From an uncultured Bacilli bacterium (lineage in GTDB: Bacteria > Bacillota_I > Bacilli_A > RF39 > UBA660), in the NCBI GenBank assembly GCA_944331715.1, contig CALVIP010000003.1, forward strand, positions 1 to 62,796: a stretch of 62,796 nt of DNA. The letters are read 5' to 3'. Positions 38,315-49,233 of the stretch are shown one piece after another. The position numbers and the translations under genes are program-made. Under the pieces are notes generated by a model, which saw nothing but the letters and a program-made list of their open reading frames with translations, ran no database searches and was not told the DNA's origin. Each line of letters begins with the position of its first letter. Positions within the stretch are counted from its first letter, which is position 1.

Positions 38315-39448
38315 CTAAAAGTTTTTATCTCTTAAGAATGGTGGAAAATCATAGTCAGTATCATCTAGTAATTCACCGCCATCATCGTCATCATCTGTAT
38401 CATTTTGAGGCATTGTTGCAACGTATGATATTTCCTCACGACTTCTTCTAGAAGGAGCAGCATTTGAGAATACTGGTTGTTTAGTTTCACCTTGGTCTTT
38501 TCTATCAAATCCTGTAGCGATTACTGTAACAATAACTTCATCAGATAAGTTTTCATTAATAACAGAACCAAATATAGTATTAATATCATTACCTGAAGCA
38601 GCTCTTACTACTTCAGCAGCTTGTTCTGCTTCAAATAAAGTTAGATTAACTCCACCAGTTATATTAATAATAGCATCTGTAGCTCCACTAATACTAGTTT
38701 CAAGTAATGGACTAGATACAGCTTGTTGAGCAGCTTCTATTGCTCTATCTTCTCCCATACCAATACCAATACCAATAATAGCACGACCAGAGTCCTTCAT
38801 TACTGATTGAACATCTGCAAAGTCAAGGTTAACAAGTCCTACTACAGCGATTAAGTCTGAAATTGATTGAACACCACGACGAAGTACATTATCTACTTCT
38901 TTAAATGCTTCTAACATTGGTGTTGTTTTATCTATAATTTCTCTTAAACGATCATTTGGAATAACAATTAGGGTATCAACATGTTTTTCAAGTTCTGCTA
39001 ATCCTTTTAATGCATTATCCATTCTCTTTCTACCTTCAAAAGTAAATGGTTTAGTAACAATAGCTACTGTTAATGCACCAAGAGCTTGAGCAATTTCTGC
39101 AACAACAGGAGCTGCTCCTGTTCCTGTTCCACCGCCCATTCCACATGTAATAAATACCATATCAGCACCAGTTAAAGCATCTTCTAATTCTTTTTTTGAC
39201 TCTAAAGCAGCTTCTCTTCCAATATCAGGACGAGATCCAGCTCCAAGTCCATCTGTTAAATTAGCTCCTAATTGAATTTTTACATCAGCTTTAGAATTAT
39301 TTAATACTTGTAAATCGGTATTAGCAACTATAAATTCTACACCTTTAACACCTGATTCTACCATTCTATTTACAGCATTACCGCCGCCGCCACCGCATCC
39401 GATTACTTTTATTTTCGCTAATTGATCCATTTCTAGTCCGTTTCCCAT
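38315..39448 (-). CDS. ftsZ: Cell division protein FtsZ
   Basis: [24 protein letters not shown]. Confidence 0.98.
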   Translation of the reverse strand: MGNGLEMDQLAKIKVIGCGGGGGNAVNRMVESGVKGVEFIVANTDLQVLNNSKADVKIQLGANLTDGLGAGSRPDIGREAALESKKELEDALTGADMVFITCGMGGGTGTGAAPVVAEIAQALGALTVAIVTKPFTFEGRKRMDNALKGLAELEKHVDTLIVIPNDRLREIIDKTTPMLEAFKEVDNVLRRGVQSISDLIAVVGLVNLDFADVQSVMKDSGRAIIGIGIGMGEDRAIEAAQQAVSSPLLETSISGATDAIINITGGVNLTLFEAEQAAEVVRAASGNDINTIFGSVINENLSDEVIVTVIATGFDRKDQGETKQPVFSNAAPSRRSREEISYVATMPQNDTDDDDDGGELLDDTDYDFPPFLRDKNF

Positions 39449-39464
39449 GTTTGTTCCTCCTTAA

Positions 39465-40700
39465 TTAGTTTTCAAAAAAGTGACCAAAGAATCTATTTGT
39501 CATTGCATCATTATTCATATTTTTCTTCTTAGGTGATATAAAACTCTCAATTTCATCTAAAGAAAACATATCAATGCTCTTTTCTTTTAACATACATTTC
39601 TTATCAAAATATTTACAACTTCCAAAGGCACTTGTGTATTTATTATGTCTAGCTCCTAGCTCTTTCATATTAAAACAACTAGCTTTAATACCTAAAGTTT
39701 CTTCTACTACATAGTTAAAACCTGCAAGCTCACTAATACCACCTACTACAATTATATAACTTATTTCTCTTTTTGTTAAGCGATTTATCTCATTTTTTGC
39801 AAGTTTTAAGATTTCTTTTATCCTTGATTCTATAACTTCTGATATTTGTGTTTGATTTATAGTTATTTTTTTGTTTTCTTTATTAATAATAGTAATGTTA
39901 TCATTATTATCTGCATATCTAGCTGAAGTTAAGGCAAATGTTTCTTTTAAACTCTTAGCTTCCTTTAAATCTAATTTATAAACAAAAGCAATATCTTTAT
40001 CTACACTACTGCTACCAACAGGAATATATGAGTTTTTTATCATTATACCTTTATTAAAAACACCAACACTAGTAATATCAGCACCTATATTAATAATAGC
40101 GCCCATTTTTCTATCTAATTCTTTAGTAGCAATAGTATAATAATCTCCTTGAGTATTATAAATAATATCAGTTATATTGATTCCTATACTTCTAACAATA
40201 TTTATAAAAGGATAGATTTCTTCTTTTGGGGAAGTTGCAACTACTGCCTTTAAGAACAATTTTTCTCCAACTTCTCCTAAAGGATTAATAACACTAGCTT
40301 CATCATCTACAGTAAAAGATATCGGTAAACAACTAACAAGCTCTCTTGTATTATCATAAGTATCCTCTACAGTATCATGAATAACATTCTCTATATCTTT
40401 ACCAGTAACTTTCTCTCCTCTTATATTAACAAGTCCACTTTCTATAGTCATATTAGCTCTATTGGCAGGCAAAGTTAATATTACTTCTCTTATTTTCATC
40501 CCTATCTTTTCTTCTGTAATTTTTAAAGCTCTTAAAAGAGAGTTTTTAAGTTTTTTCTCATCATAGATTGTATTCTTCTTTAATCCTAATGTCTTAACTG
40601 AGGTAGATGCTAAAACATGGTAATTACTATTATTAGCATTTACTACTACTATTTTAATCTCACCATTTCCTATATCAAGACCTGTATAGATATGATTCAT
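39465..40700 (-). CDS. ftsA: Cell division protein FtsA
   Basis: GLDIG, INIGADIT, VGG; upstream of ftsZ. Confidence 0.9.
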   Translation of the reverse strand: MNHIYTGLDIGNGEIKIVVVNANNSNYHVLASTSVKTLGLKKNTIYDEKKLKNSLLRALKITEEKIGMKIREVILTLPANRANMTIESGLVNIRGEKVTGKDIENVIHDTVEDTYDNTRELVSCLPISFTVDDEASVINPLGEVGEKLFLKAVVATSPKEEIYPFINIVRSIGINITDIIYNTQGDYYTIATKELDRKMGAIINIGADITSVGVFNKGIMIKNSYIPVGSSSVDKDIAFVYKLDLKEAKSLKETFALTSARYADNNDNITIINKENKKITINQTQISEVIESRIKEILKLAKNEINRLTKREISYIIVVGGISELAGFNYVVEETLGIKASCFNMKELGARHNKYTSAFGSCKYFDKKCMLKEKSIDMFSLDEIESFISPKKKNMNNDAMTNRFFGHFFEN

Positions 40701-40860
40701 GAATTAACACCACTACCTTTCTGCCACAAAGTTCATTTACCCTTTCTTACTCTATAGATTAATTATACATAATTAATGATTTTTTAACAAGCATTTTTAA
40801 AAACTAACGATAATAAACAAGGAAATTTTAAGTTTTATATGTTTAAAAAGAAAGAAACAA

Positions 40861-41121
40861 TCACATTTCTTTCTTTATTTTTTCAAGTTCTTCTATACTT
40901 AGTCCTGTATTTTTAGATACTACTTCTATAGGTATACCTAATTTAAGAAGATTCTTGGCAATTGATTTTTCTCTTTCTTTAACACCAGCATCATAACCAT
41001 CATCATAGCCATCAAGCCTTGTCTAGTTTATCTCTTTTCTTCTAACTAACTATACATTGTAATCTGTTCTAAATTTATCTTCTTCATTTAGTCTTTCTAA
41101 CTTATCCACGATATATAACGC
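40861..41121 (-). pseudogene. Silent duplicate of the Rpn 3' end with an alternative C-terminal tail
   Basis: Homologous to 41135-41389 (offset 268 nt); TAG stops at 41050-41052 and 41023-41025; open alternative tail RLDGYDDGYDAGVKEREK...KKEM*. Confidence 0.8.
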
Positions 41122-41134
41122 ATTCTTGTTTCTA

Positions 41135-41977
41135 TCAGCTATTTAATTCTTCTATTAAGTTGTTTATCTCCTCTTCGCTTAAACCAGTAACTTTTATTAT
41201 ATCTTCTTTAGACGTACCTATATTAAGAAGATTTTTAGCAATAGAGATTTTTTCTGCTTTAGCACCAGCATCATAGCCATCAAGTCTAGCAGAATTTATC
41301 TCTTTTCTTCTAACTAACTCTACATTATAATCTGTTCTAAACTTATCATCTTCATTTAGTCTTTCTAATTTATCCACGATATATAACGCCTCCTCACATC
41401 CATTTGCAATCCCTCTCATCTCTTCGTATGAATCTGCTACCATCATTGCCATAAATGTTTCTTCTTCGTTACTTCCATTATATCTTACATTTTGTAGACT
41501 TTCAAGATAAATATTATGTATTTTTATATCATCTATTACATCATTATATTTCTCATTTCTTAAGGTATAATCTACATTAATTGCATCTGGGTTTATCTTA
41601 TAGAGACTATTATTAAAGTTAATTAGAACTGTTTTCATCTTAACAAAATCTTCTCCTTTTTCAAGACCTCCTCCTGCTATACTAAAGAGATACATTCTGT
41701 TTTTAATTAAGACTCTTTCTGAGACATCTTTATTCATTTCTATTATAATAAAATCTCTATCTTTTTTTAATAAGATATCAAGTCTATAATCTCTTGCAAC
41801 ATTTCCACTATTTATCTCATTATCATATAACTCATACCCTTCTAAATCTAATTTAGAATAATACTTAATTAATTTTTCATAAAAGAATCTACTATCTTCA
41901 TCTTTAAACATTCTTTTAAATGTTGTGTCAGATAAAAGTGTAAAGAACTCTTTTTCTTTATTTTCTTCTTTTTGCAT
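41135..41977 (-). CDS. Rpn-family PD-(D/E)XK nuclease/putative transposase
   Basis: SDTTFKRMF, RLDILL, IIEMN; C-terminal IAKNLL...IIKVTGLS tail. Confidence 0.82.
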   Translation of the reverse strand: MQKEENKEKEFFTLLSDTTFKRMFKDEDSRFFYEKLIKYYSKLDLEGYELYDNEINSGNVARDYRLDILLKKDRDFIIIEMNKDVSERVLIKNRMYLFSIAGGGLEKGEDFVKMKTVLINFNNSLYKINPDAINVDYTLRNEKYNDVIDDIKIHNIYLESLQNVRYNGSNEEETFMAMMVADSYEEMRGIANGCEEALYIVDKLERLNEDDKFRTDYNVELVRRKEINSARLDGYDAGAKAEKISIAKNLLNIGTSKEDIIKVTGLSEEEINNLIEELNS

Positions 41978-42044
41978 TTAATTCCTCCATAATAATAATT
42001 TATCTGCACAGATGCCTACACTCTAACACGGAAGAGGGATTAAT

Positions 42045-42162
42045 GCAAAAAGAGAATTTTATAAATTCAGTTAAAAACAGGGCTGAATTTATTAAATTCG
42101 TCTAGAGAAAATTAAAAATTGACTCTAAAAAATAGGGTCAATTTACAAAATTCATACTTTTT
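42045..42162. repeat. ~118-bp double-hairpin intergenic element, copy 1
   Basis: Aligns with 46936-47052; abuts the pbpB stop codon. Confidence 0.8.
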
Positions 42163-44331
42163 TTAAAACTTTGGATTTAATGTCAAAGTTATTTCCATAT
42201 TATCAGTAATAGTTGTACCAGCACCAATACTTTGACTTGTAACATAACCATTACCTTCTAGTTTAACACTAATACCTAGAAGTTTTAACAAGTCTTCCGC
42301 TTGTTTACTAGAAAGACCATTCACATCTGGAACAGTTAAATTACTGTCATTAGTAATAAGAAAAACCTTTGTTCCTGCTGTTACTTTATCTCCCTTAGAA
42401 GGATATTGCTTAGTTACTTTATTACCATTACCTACAACAGTTACAGACATACCCATACTTTCTAATTCTGTTTTAGATGAAGTTATATCTTTGTTTTTAT
42501 AAGATGTTAAACTATATTCAGTTAATTTCTCTTCACTTGTAGTATCAGGATCTGTTCCATAGTATTTACTTATATTAACAACTATATCTTTAATCGCTGT
42601 CCAAATTACTTTTTGATTACCACCATCAGGTCTTTTAACTGAAGCATAGATTATAACTTTAGGATCATCATTAGGATAAATTCCTGCAAATGATGAAATA
42701 ATATCAGAAGCTCCTGTTAAGTAACCTCCTCCATTTTCATCTGCTATTTGCGCTGTACCAGTTTTACCTATTAAGTTATAACCATCTAATCTATATCCTG
42801 CTCCTGTCATGCCTGATTCATTAACAGTATTCCACATAAGTTGTCTAATCTTATTAACAGTAGTTTCACTTGCAACAGTATCTACTTCTGTTCTTTCTCC
42901 TTTATATACAGTTTCTCCTGTATCAGGATCTACTATTTTCTCAACTAAATAAGGTTTTAACATAACTCCCCCATTAGTAAGAGAAGTTAAAGCCTGAATA
43001 TTTTGAATAGGTGTTGTCGTAATACCTTGTCCAAATCCAGCATTAAATATTTCTGTTTCATATTTAAAATCTAGTTCACCTGTCGCTTCATTAGGAAGTT
43101 CAATACCTGTTTTTTTACTAAATCCTAGTTTCTTAAAATAACTTCTAAGAATATCTGCAGATAAATGACGATCTATTAGATTAATAACACCAACGTTACT
43201 TGATAAAGCGAAACCTTTATCAAAAGTAATATCTCCCCAACCTGCTCTATTATGATCACCTATTTCAGTTCCATCACTTGTTACATAAACACCTGAATGA
43301 TATATTTCATTACCATTATAAACACCTTGTTCCATTGCCGCCATATAAGTAAATATCTTCATAGTAGAACCAGGCTCATATGGACTTGAAACATTCATAT
43401 CTAAGTAATTAGTAATATCTCTTTTATTAGGATCAAATGAAGGAGATGTACTTGATGCTAATATTGCCCCAGTCTTAGCATCTGCTATCATGATTGTAAA
43501 CCATTCATAATTATAGTTAGCTTCAGCATCACTTAATGCTTGTTCTACAAAGAACTGAATACTACTATTAAGAGTTAGATATATATCTTTACCATCACTA
43601 GCTTCTTTACTTATTTCATTAGTACCTGCTATTTTAAACCCTCGTAAATCTTTTTGATAAGTAGTATAACCATCTTCACCTTTTAAAGTACTATCATAAT
43701 ACTTTTCAATACCCATCTCCCCAGTCATAGTAGTTTCTTCTTCTCCATCTTCATTAGTAGTAACTTCTTCTTTAGCATAACCTAGAATGTAGGAAGCAAA
43801 GTCTCCTTTAGGATAATATCTTTTAAAGCTTTCTATAAAGTCTATTCCTGGTAAATTTAACTCTTCTATTTTTCCTTTAGTAATCTCTGTTAGCCCTTTT
43901 CCTATAGTACCAAATTCAGTTTGATAGACTCCTTCTTTATTTAAGTATTTAAGTATTTCTTCTTTACTACATTCTAGAACACCTGCAAGTTTTTCTGCCG
44001 TCATTTCTTTGTCTACAACATGTTGTGGGTTATCTTCATCTGTAGTTCTAGATGGAGAAAGATAAGCGATTAACTTATAAGATGAAACATTTTGTGCTAA
44101 AGCTTCTCCATCACTACTATAAATATTACCACGTTCTGCTTTTATAATATCTGTTTTTGTAGTACGCTGTCTTGCTAAAGCTTGTAAATTTGTATCATCA
44201 ACTTCTTCTGCTAAAGCAAGTTGAGTTACTCTTGCAATCATTAGAGCAAACAAAAAAAGAGAAGTAATTATTAAAAGTTTACTATATCTTATATTATTTT
44301 TCCTTCTCTTTTTTCTTTTCAAGTTTACCAC
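42163..44331 (-). CDS. pbpB: Division class B PBP with PASTA domains
   Basis: EPGSTMK, SSN, KTG, two PASTA repeats; dcw synteny. Confidence 0.9.
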   Translation of the reverse strand: MVNLKRKKRRKNNIRYSKLLIITSLFLFALMIARVTQLALAEEVDDTNLQALARQRTTKTDIIKAERGNIYSSDGEALAQNVSSYKLIAYLSPSRTTDEDNPQHVVDKEMTAEKLAGVLECSKEEILKYLNKEGVYQTEFGTIGKGLTEITKGKIEELNLPGIDFIESFKRYYPKGDFASYILGYAKEEVTTNEDGEEETTMTGEMGIEKYYDSTLKGEDGYTTYQKDLRGFKIAGTNEISKEASDGKDIYLTLNSSIQFFVEQALSDAEANYNYEWFTIMIADAKTGAILASSTSPSFDPNKRDITNYLDMNVSSPYEPGSTMKIFTYMAAMEQGVYNGNEIYHSGVYVTSDGTEIGDHNRAGWGDITFDKGFALSSNVGVINLIDRHLSADILRSYFKKLGFSKKTGIELPNEATGELDFKYETEIFNAGFGQGITTTPIQNIQALTSLTNGGVMLKPYLVEKIVDPDTGETVYKGERTEVDTVASETTVNKIRQLMWNTVNESGMTGAGYRLDGYNLIGKTGTAQIADENGGGYLTGASDIISSFAGIYPNDDPKVIIYASVKRPDGGNQKVIWTAIKDIVVNISKYYGTDPDTTSEEKLTEYSLTSYKNKDITSSKTELESMGMSVTVVGNGNKVTKQYPSKGDKVTAGTKVFLITNDSNLTVPDVNGLSSKQAEDLLKLLGISVKLEGNGYVTSQSIGAGTTITDNMEITLTLNPKF

Positions 44332-44337
44332 TTCCTA

Positions 44338-44637
44338 TTATTCATTGATATTTTTAATGTTATCATTATTATAACTTAATCCTTGTTCTTTGGCAACTTC
44401 TTCTATTTTGTCTAGAGATGCTAATTCATTTATTTTCATAGATAAGCTCTCATTAGTCTTAGTTTGTTCACTTATTTCTTTTTTAGTTTTCTCAACTTCA
44501 AAGTTTATCTTAGACAAAGTTGCTTTAGAAAATACTATTGTTAGAGGGGCACTAATCGCTAATACTAATGCAAATGTATAAATAAGACGTTCAAACTTAC
44601 TCATTTTAACTCTTTTTACTACTTTTCTCTTAGCCAT
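44338..44637 (-). CDS. ftsL: Cell division protein FtsL
   Basis: Basic N-terminus, TM, coiled coil, IEEVAKEQGL; synteny. Confidence 0.85.
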   Translation of the reverse strand: MAKRKVVKRVKMSKFERLIYTFALVLAISAPLTIVFSKATLSKINFEVEKTKKEISEQTKTNESLSMKINELASLDKIEEVAKEQGLSYNNDNIKNINE

Positions 44638-44648
44638 AAGTATTCCTC

Positions 44649-45572
44649 CTATTTTATTCTTTCTATTACTCTAAGTGTAGCAGAATGAGCTCTATTATTA
44701 TGTTCTAGCTCTTCACTACTAGCTTTTATTCCTTTTTTAGTAATTAGTTTAAAGTCTGGTAGTTTATCTATAGGTATATTAGGTAATCCTTTAGATAAAG
44801 GATCTATCTCACACATTTCATTAAATTTTTTCTTAACTATTTTATCTTCTAAAGAATGGAATGTTATAACAGCAATTCTTCCTCCAATATTTAACATAGA
44901 TAAACTATCATCAAGAGATTTCTTTAAGACGTTTAATTCATCATTAACTTCTATTCTTAAAGCTTGAAATATTTGTTTAGCAGGATGTTTTTTAACTCTC
45001 TCCTTATATGGAACAGAGGACTTAATAATATCTACTAATTCTAAAGTAGTTTCGATTTTCTTAGTCTCTCTATACTTAACAATATTTCTAGCGATAGATC
45101 CCGAAAACTTACTTTCACCATAGTCTTTAAAGATTCTCTTTAACTCATCATAACTATAAGTATTAACTATTAATTTAGCAGTTAACTTATTATCTTTATC
45201 CATCCTCATATCAAGGGGAGCATCAAATCTATAAGAGAAACCACGATAGTCTTCGTCTAACTGTGGACTTGATACTCCAAGATCGTAAAGGATAGCATCT
45301 ACTTTTTCTACACCTAATGATTTTAACTTATCTTTAGCATAGACAAAGTTAGAATCAATTATTTGGAAGTTTTTACCGATAGTAGAAAGTTTATCTTTAC
45401 TATAGGCAAGTGCTTCCTCGTCTTGGTCAAAGGCGAATAGATACCCATTTTTAATTCTTTTTAAAATTTGACTACTATGTCCTGCAAAGCCTAAAGTCAT
45501 ATCAACAGCGATACTGTCATCTTTTAGATTTAAAGATTCTATAGTTTCCTTAAGTAATACTGACTCATGCAT
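44649..45572 (-). CDS. rsmH: 16S rRNA m4C1402 methyltransferase
   Basis: HESVLL, DLGVSSPQLD, PLDMRMD, ITFHSLED. Confidence 0.96.
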   Translation of the reverse strand: MHESVLLKETIESLNLKDDSIAVDMTLGFAGHSSQILKRIKNGYLFAFDQDEEALAYSKDKLSTIGKNFQIIDSNFVYAKDKLKSLGVEKVDAILYDLGVSSPQLDEDYRGFSYRFDAPLDMRMDKDNKLTAKLIVNTYSYDELKRIFKDYGESKFSGSIARNIVKYRETKKIETTLELVDIIKSSVPYKERVKKHPAKQIFQALRIEVNDELNVLKKSLDDSLSMLNIGGRIAVITFHSLEDKIVKKKFNEMCEIDPLSKGLPNIPIDKLPDFKLITKKGIKASSEELEHNNRAHSATLRVIERIK

Positions 45573-46003
45573 TATATCTTCTCCTCAAATAAGTTTTCAG
45601 CAATATCGGACATTTCATCATTACAAGAACTCATAAACTCATTGAAGGCATCCTCATCCCATATTTCTAACCTATCTCCCGTTCCTACAATTACACATTT
45701 TTTAGATAGATTAGCATAACTAACAAGAGGACTTGGAATATTAGCTCTTCCCTGTTTATCAAGTTCAATGGCAGTAGCACCAGACATAAAGAAGCGTGTG
45801 AAAGCTCTAGCATCTTTTTTAGTAAATGGTAAGCTTTCTAATTTAGTAACAATATGGTTAAAAGTATCATTAGGATAAACATAAATACAATGTTCTATAC
45901 CACGAGTAATAATAAAATCATTACCTAATATATCACGATATTTAGATGGTATAGCAATTCTACCTTTATCATCTATATTATGATGAAACTCTCCTATAAA
46001 CAT
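45572..46003 (-). CDS. mraZ: Transcriptional regulator MraZ
   Basis: MFIGEF..NIDDKGR, DKQGR; start refined. Confidence 0.95.
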   Translation of the reverse strand: MFIGEFHHNIDDKGRIAIPSKYRDILGNDFIITRGIEHCIYVYPNDTFNHIVTKLESLPFTKKDARAFTRFFMSGATAIELDKQGRANIPSPLVSYANLSKKCVIVGTGDRLEIWDEDAFNEFMSSCNDEMSDIAENLFEEKI

Positions 46004-46011
46004 ATTTATCC

Positions 46012-46036
46012 CCCACTTTTCCCCACAGTCTACCAC
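46012..46036 (-). promoter_or_regulatory. MraZ binding boxes
   Basis: GTGGT/GTGGG/GTGGG repeated at 10-nt spacing upstream of mraZ. Confidence 0.8.
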
Positions 46037-46161
46037 TGCTTAATTATATGTTACACAAAATTATTAAAAATGTAAATAAAATAAGGGATATTTAATTAGA
46101 CAAATAAAGTATTTGACAAAAAATATGTAAACAAGATGAAAAAAGGTATTGACACAGTCTA

Positions 46162-46939
46162 TTACTTCATTTTATCTAACAAACTATCTAAAAGCTCTTC
46201 ACTTTCTATCTTAGTAATTGCAAAACACTTCTTACCTAAATCTTTAAAACTTGCTCCAGAATGATATAGAACTTTCTTATCTAAAATGATAAATCTATTA
46301 TGAAAAGAGTTATTAACTACTAAAGTAACATTATCATACTGTTCTTTATATTTTTCATAATCTTGTATTTTATATTTATTAGTAACAAGAGTAACTTTTC
46401 TATTAGTCTTAGATAATATATCTAATATATTCTTATCAATATAATTATCTATTATAATGATACTACTTAAAGCTTTTTCAAATATCTTTATCATAAGAGA
46501 ATAAGCATCATAAATCTGTCCTTCAAAAAAGATATGATTATTTTTATCTTTAAAACTATCAAAGGTATTCTCTATTAAAGAAAGCCTATTTTCATGATTA
46601 ATTAACATCTTACCATAGTCCATATCTACCACCACGAGTTTCCATATTTTTTTGGTCGAAATTTTCGACCAAAAAATTTTTACTTTCTTTATCTGTTAAC
46701 TTCCAAGAAAATCTTTCCGGAAATTTTTCCATATTATTCTTAACTGCCTCATTAATCCTCTTTGTTTCGACATGATATAGTTTAGCCAAATCACTATCTA
46801 ACATCACTTGCGTACCTCTTATCACATAAATCATATTCTCTATTTTTATATCTTCTTTTTCTATTAAATCGTTAATAATTATAACCTCCTTTTGTAAAAT
46901 AATTATTTCAACTCTAACATAATAGAAAAAATAATGCAA
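46162..46939 (-). pseudogene. ORF6N-domain/PLD-like fusion gene, internally deleted and frameshifted
   Basis: N-part RGTQVMLDSDLAKLY; C-part HNRFIILD..YHSGASFKDLGKK; lacks the PYVFTEQGVAML block present in the paralogue at 60.5-61.4 kb. Confidence 0.75.
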
Positions 46940-47052
46940 AAAGAGAATTTTGCAAATTCAAGACAAAATTCCCTTCAATTTTTAAAATTCACCTAGAGAA
47001 AATAAAAAATTGACCCTAAAATTAGAGTCAATTCATAAAATTCATACTTTTT
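46936..47052. repeat. ~118-bp double-hairpin intergenic element, copy 2
   Basis: Aligns with 42045-42162; abuts the rnj stop codon. Confidence 0.8.
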
Positions 47053-48733
47053 ACACTTCTTGTATTACTGTTATAATCATAGGTTTTGTTTCCATAGTTT
47101 TATAAAAATATTTACCTAAGACATCTCTTACTTCTGTCTTTATAGCACTATATTCTACTCTCTTAGTATTTTCACTTATATTTTTCTCTATTATTTCTAA
47201 AGATATATTTTTAATCTCATCTACTAAATCTAGATTATCTTTAACATAAATAAAACCTCTTGTTAGAACTTCTGGTCCTGCTAATATCTTTTTAGTCTCT
47301 CTATCTAAAGTACAACTAATAATAACAATACCGTTTTCTCCTAACATTTCTCTATCTTTTAAGACTAAATCTCCAATATCACCATTGCTTTTACCATCTA
47401 TTAGAATTTCATCAACTGGTATATGTTCATTAGTAGGTACAAGATTGCCTTTAATAAACAGAGTTACATCTCCATTTTGCTTTAAGATAATATTATCTTT
47501 AGATATTCCTAAAGATTCTGCAATCTCTGCATTAGCATATTGATTACGATATTCTCCTTTTACTGGAAAATAATACTTAGGATTCATTATATTTATTAAT
47601 AAAGATAAATCTTCTCTTGATGCATGATGTAACAAGTGTTTCTTACTAGATAAACTAATAGCATTAACACCAAGCATAGCGATATCATCCATAACAGTTG
47701 CAAGACGCTTTTCTATTCCTTCATAAGCAGGTTCTGTTATAAAAATTGTATCATTAGTATTAAGTTTAATAAACTTATCATACCCTTTAATAATTCTTTC
47801 TAAGTTTGCAAAAGGCTTTTCTTTCTCATCTGATATTAATACTACAACATCTTTATCTTCTAAATTATTTAAATCTCCAATTACTCTTCTATCAATAGTT
47901 AAATAATTATTCTTTATGGCATAGTTAATAGTATTTTGTAGAGAATGACCCATAATAACAATCTTTCTATGAGTCTTACTAACTTCATCAAATATCTCTT
48001 GTATTCTATAGAAATGAGCAGGAAAAACAGTTGCAATTATTCTCCCTTTATTTCTTGCTAATACATTTCTAATAAAGTCACTTACTCTATTATTAGGACT
48101 AGTATATCCATCACGCTCAGCATACATAGATTCTGCTAAAAGACAAAGTACTCCTTGTTTACCAACATAAGCAAGTTTACCTATATCTGTTTTATATAGA
48201 CCTGTTTCTGTATGATCAAAGGTAAAATCTCCTGTATAAACTATCGCTCCGTCTTTAGTATATAAAACATAGCATAAGGCATCAGGAATAGAATGAGTCA
48301 TAGAAATAGGAAATATACTTTCCCTACCAAACTCTAATTTATGATGTGGTTTAATCTCTATTAAATGACTCTTTTTAATTTCTTGTTCTGTTAAATCTTG
48401 TTTTAATATTTCTAAAGTTAGTTTCGCTCCATATATATTGATTTCTGGAATTTGCTTTAATATATCAGGAACTGCTCCCATATTACCTTCATGACCGTGA
48501 CTTAAAAAGATCCCTTTTATTCTTTTTCTGTTTTTTATTAAATAATCAAAGTTAGGAATAATATAATCTATTCCTAGATTTTTTTCATTATCAAATTTAC
48601 TTCCGGCATCAAATACATAGATGTTTTTATCTACTTCAACAACATACATATTCTTACCATTTTCGTTTAGTCCACCTAAACTAAATATTTTTATTTTACT
48701 CATAAATTCTCCTTTCTTTTTATATAGAAACAA
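47051..48733 (-). CDS. rnj: Ribonuclease J
   Basis: GGLNENGKN, THSIPD, YTGDF, PVKGEYR; metal motif altered to SHGHEGN. Confidence 0.9.
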   Translation of the reverse strand: MFLYKKKGEFMSKIKIFSLGGLNENGKNMYVVEVDKNIYVFDAGSKFDNEKNLGIDYIIPNFDYLIKNRKRIKGIFLSHGHEGNMGAVPDILKQIPEINIYGAKLTLEILKQDLTEQEIKKSHLIEIKPHHKLEFGRESIFPISMTHSIPDALCYVLYTKDGAIVYTGDFTFDHTETGLYKTDIGKLAYVGKQGVLCLLAESMYAERDGYTSPNNRVSDFIRNVLARNKGRIIATVFPAHFYRIQEIFDEVSKTHRKIVIMGHSLQNTINYAIKNNYLTIDRRVIGDLNNLEDKDVVVLISDEKEKPFANLERIIKGYDKFIKLNTNDTIFITEPAYEGIEKRLATVMDDIAMLGVNAISLSSKKHLLHHASREDLSLLINIMNPKYYFPVKGEYRNQYANAEIAESLGISKDNIILKQNGDVTLFIKGNLVPTNEHIPVDEILIDGKSNGDIGDLVLKDREMLGENGIVIISCTLDRETKKILAGPEVLTRGFIYVKDNLDLVDEIKNISLEIIEKNISENTKRVEYSAIKTEVRDVLGKYFYKTMETKPMIITVIQEV

Positions 48734-48760
48734 AACTTCATTAAGTATACACTATTTCCC

Positions 48761-49231
48761 TTATATTTTCAAATGAAAATTTTTGACTAACAACTTATCA
48801 GCTTCTTTTATTTTTCTTTCAACTGCCAATTTTTCGTTATTATTTTTAGTAAAATATTCATCATGATAATGATTCAATTTATAAATTCTATAATTAATTA
48901 ACAAACTTAAATAAATATCATGATTAGTATAAAGATTTTCTATAATTTTAGTATTACAATAATTAAATCCTAAACTTTTAGTATCTTCTCTTTCAAATCC
49001 TTCTTCTACAGAAGTTGCAATCAAACCTAAAACTTTAGTTGCAATAGTAGCACTATTTACTAAAACAGCTAATCGTTCACTTATTTCAGGGTCTATTAAT
49101 AATTCTTGATTTTCTAAAATATTCTCTAAATTAAATATAACAATATCTTCTCTTATCTCATAACCTTCATCTTCTAAATCAAAAAGATGTTCTGTTAAAC
49201 TATTATACAATTTTAATTCTTGTGTTTTCAT
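48761..49231 (-). CDS. Hypothetical protein
   Basis: 156-aa ORF between rnc and rnj. Confidence 0.65.
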   Translation of the reverse strand: MKTQELKLYNSLTEHLFDLEDEGYEIREDIVIFNLENILENQELLIDPEISERLAVLVNSATIATKVLGLIATSVEEGFEREDTKSLGFNYCNTKIIENLYTNHDIYLSLLINYRIYKLNHYHDEYFTKNNNEKLAVERKIKEADKLLVKNFHLKI

Positions 49232-49233
49232 AA

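Noticed and set aside
40715-40738. 7-codon uORF upstream of ftsA
   Set aside because: The purine-rich stretch is only 3 nt from the ATG, and the ORF may be chance.
41995-42040. Group II intron or IS end remnant (GTGTAGGCATCTGTGC)
   Set aside because: Too short, with no domain V/VI structure or terminal repeat support.
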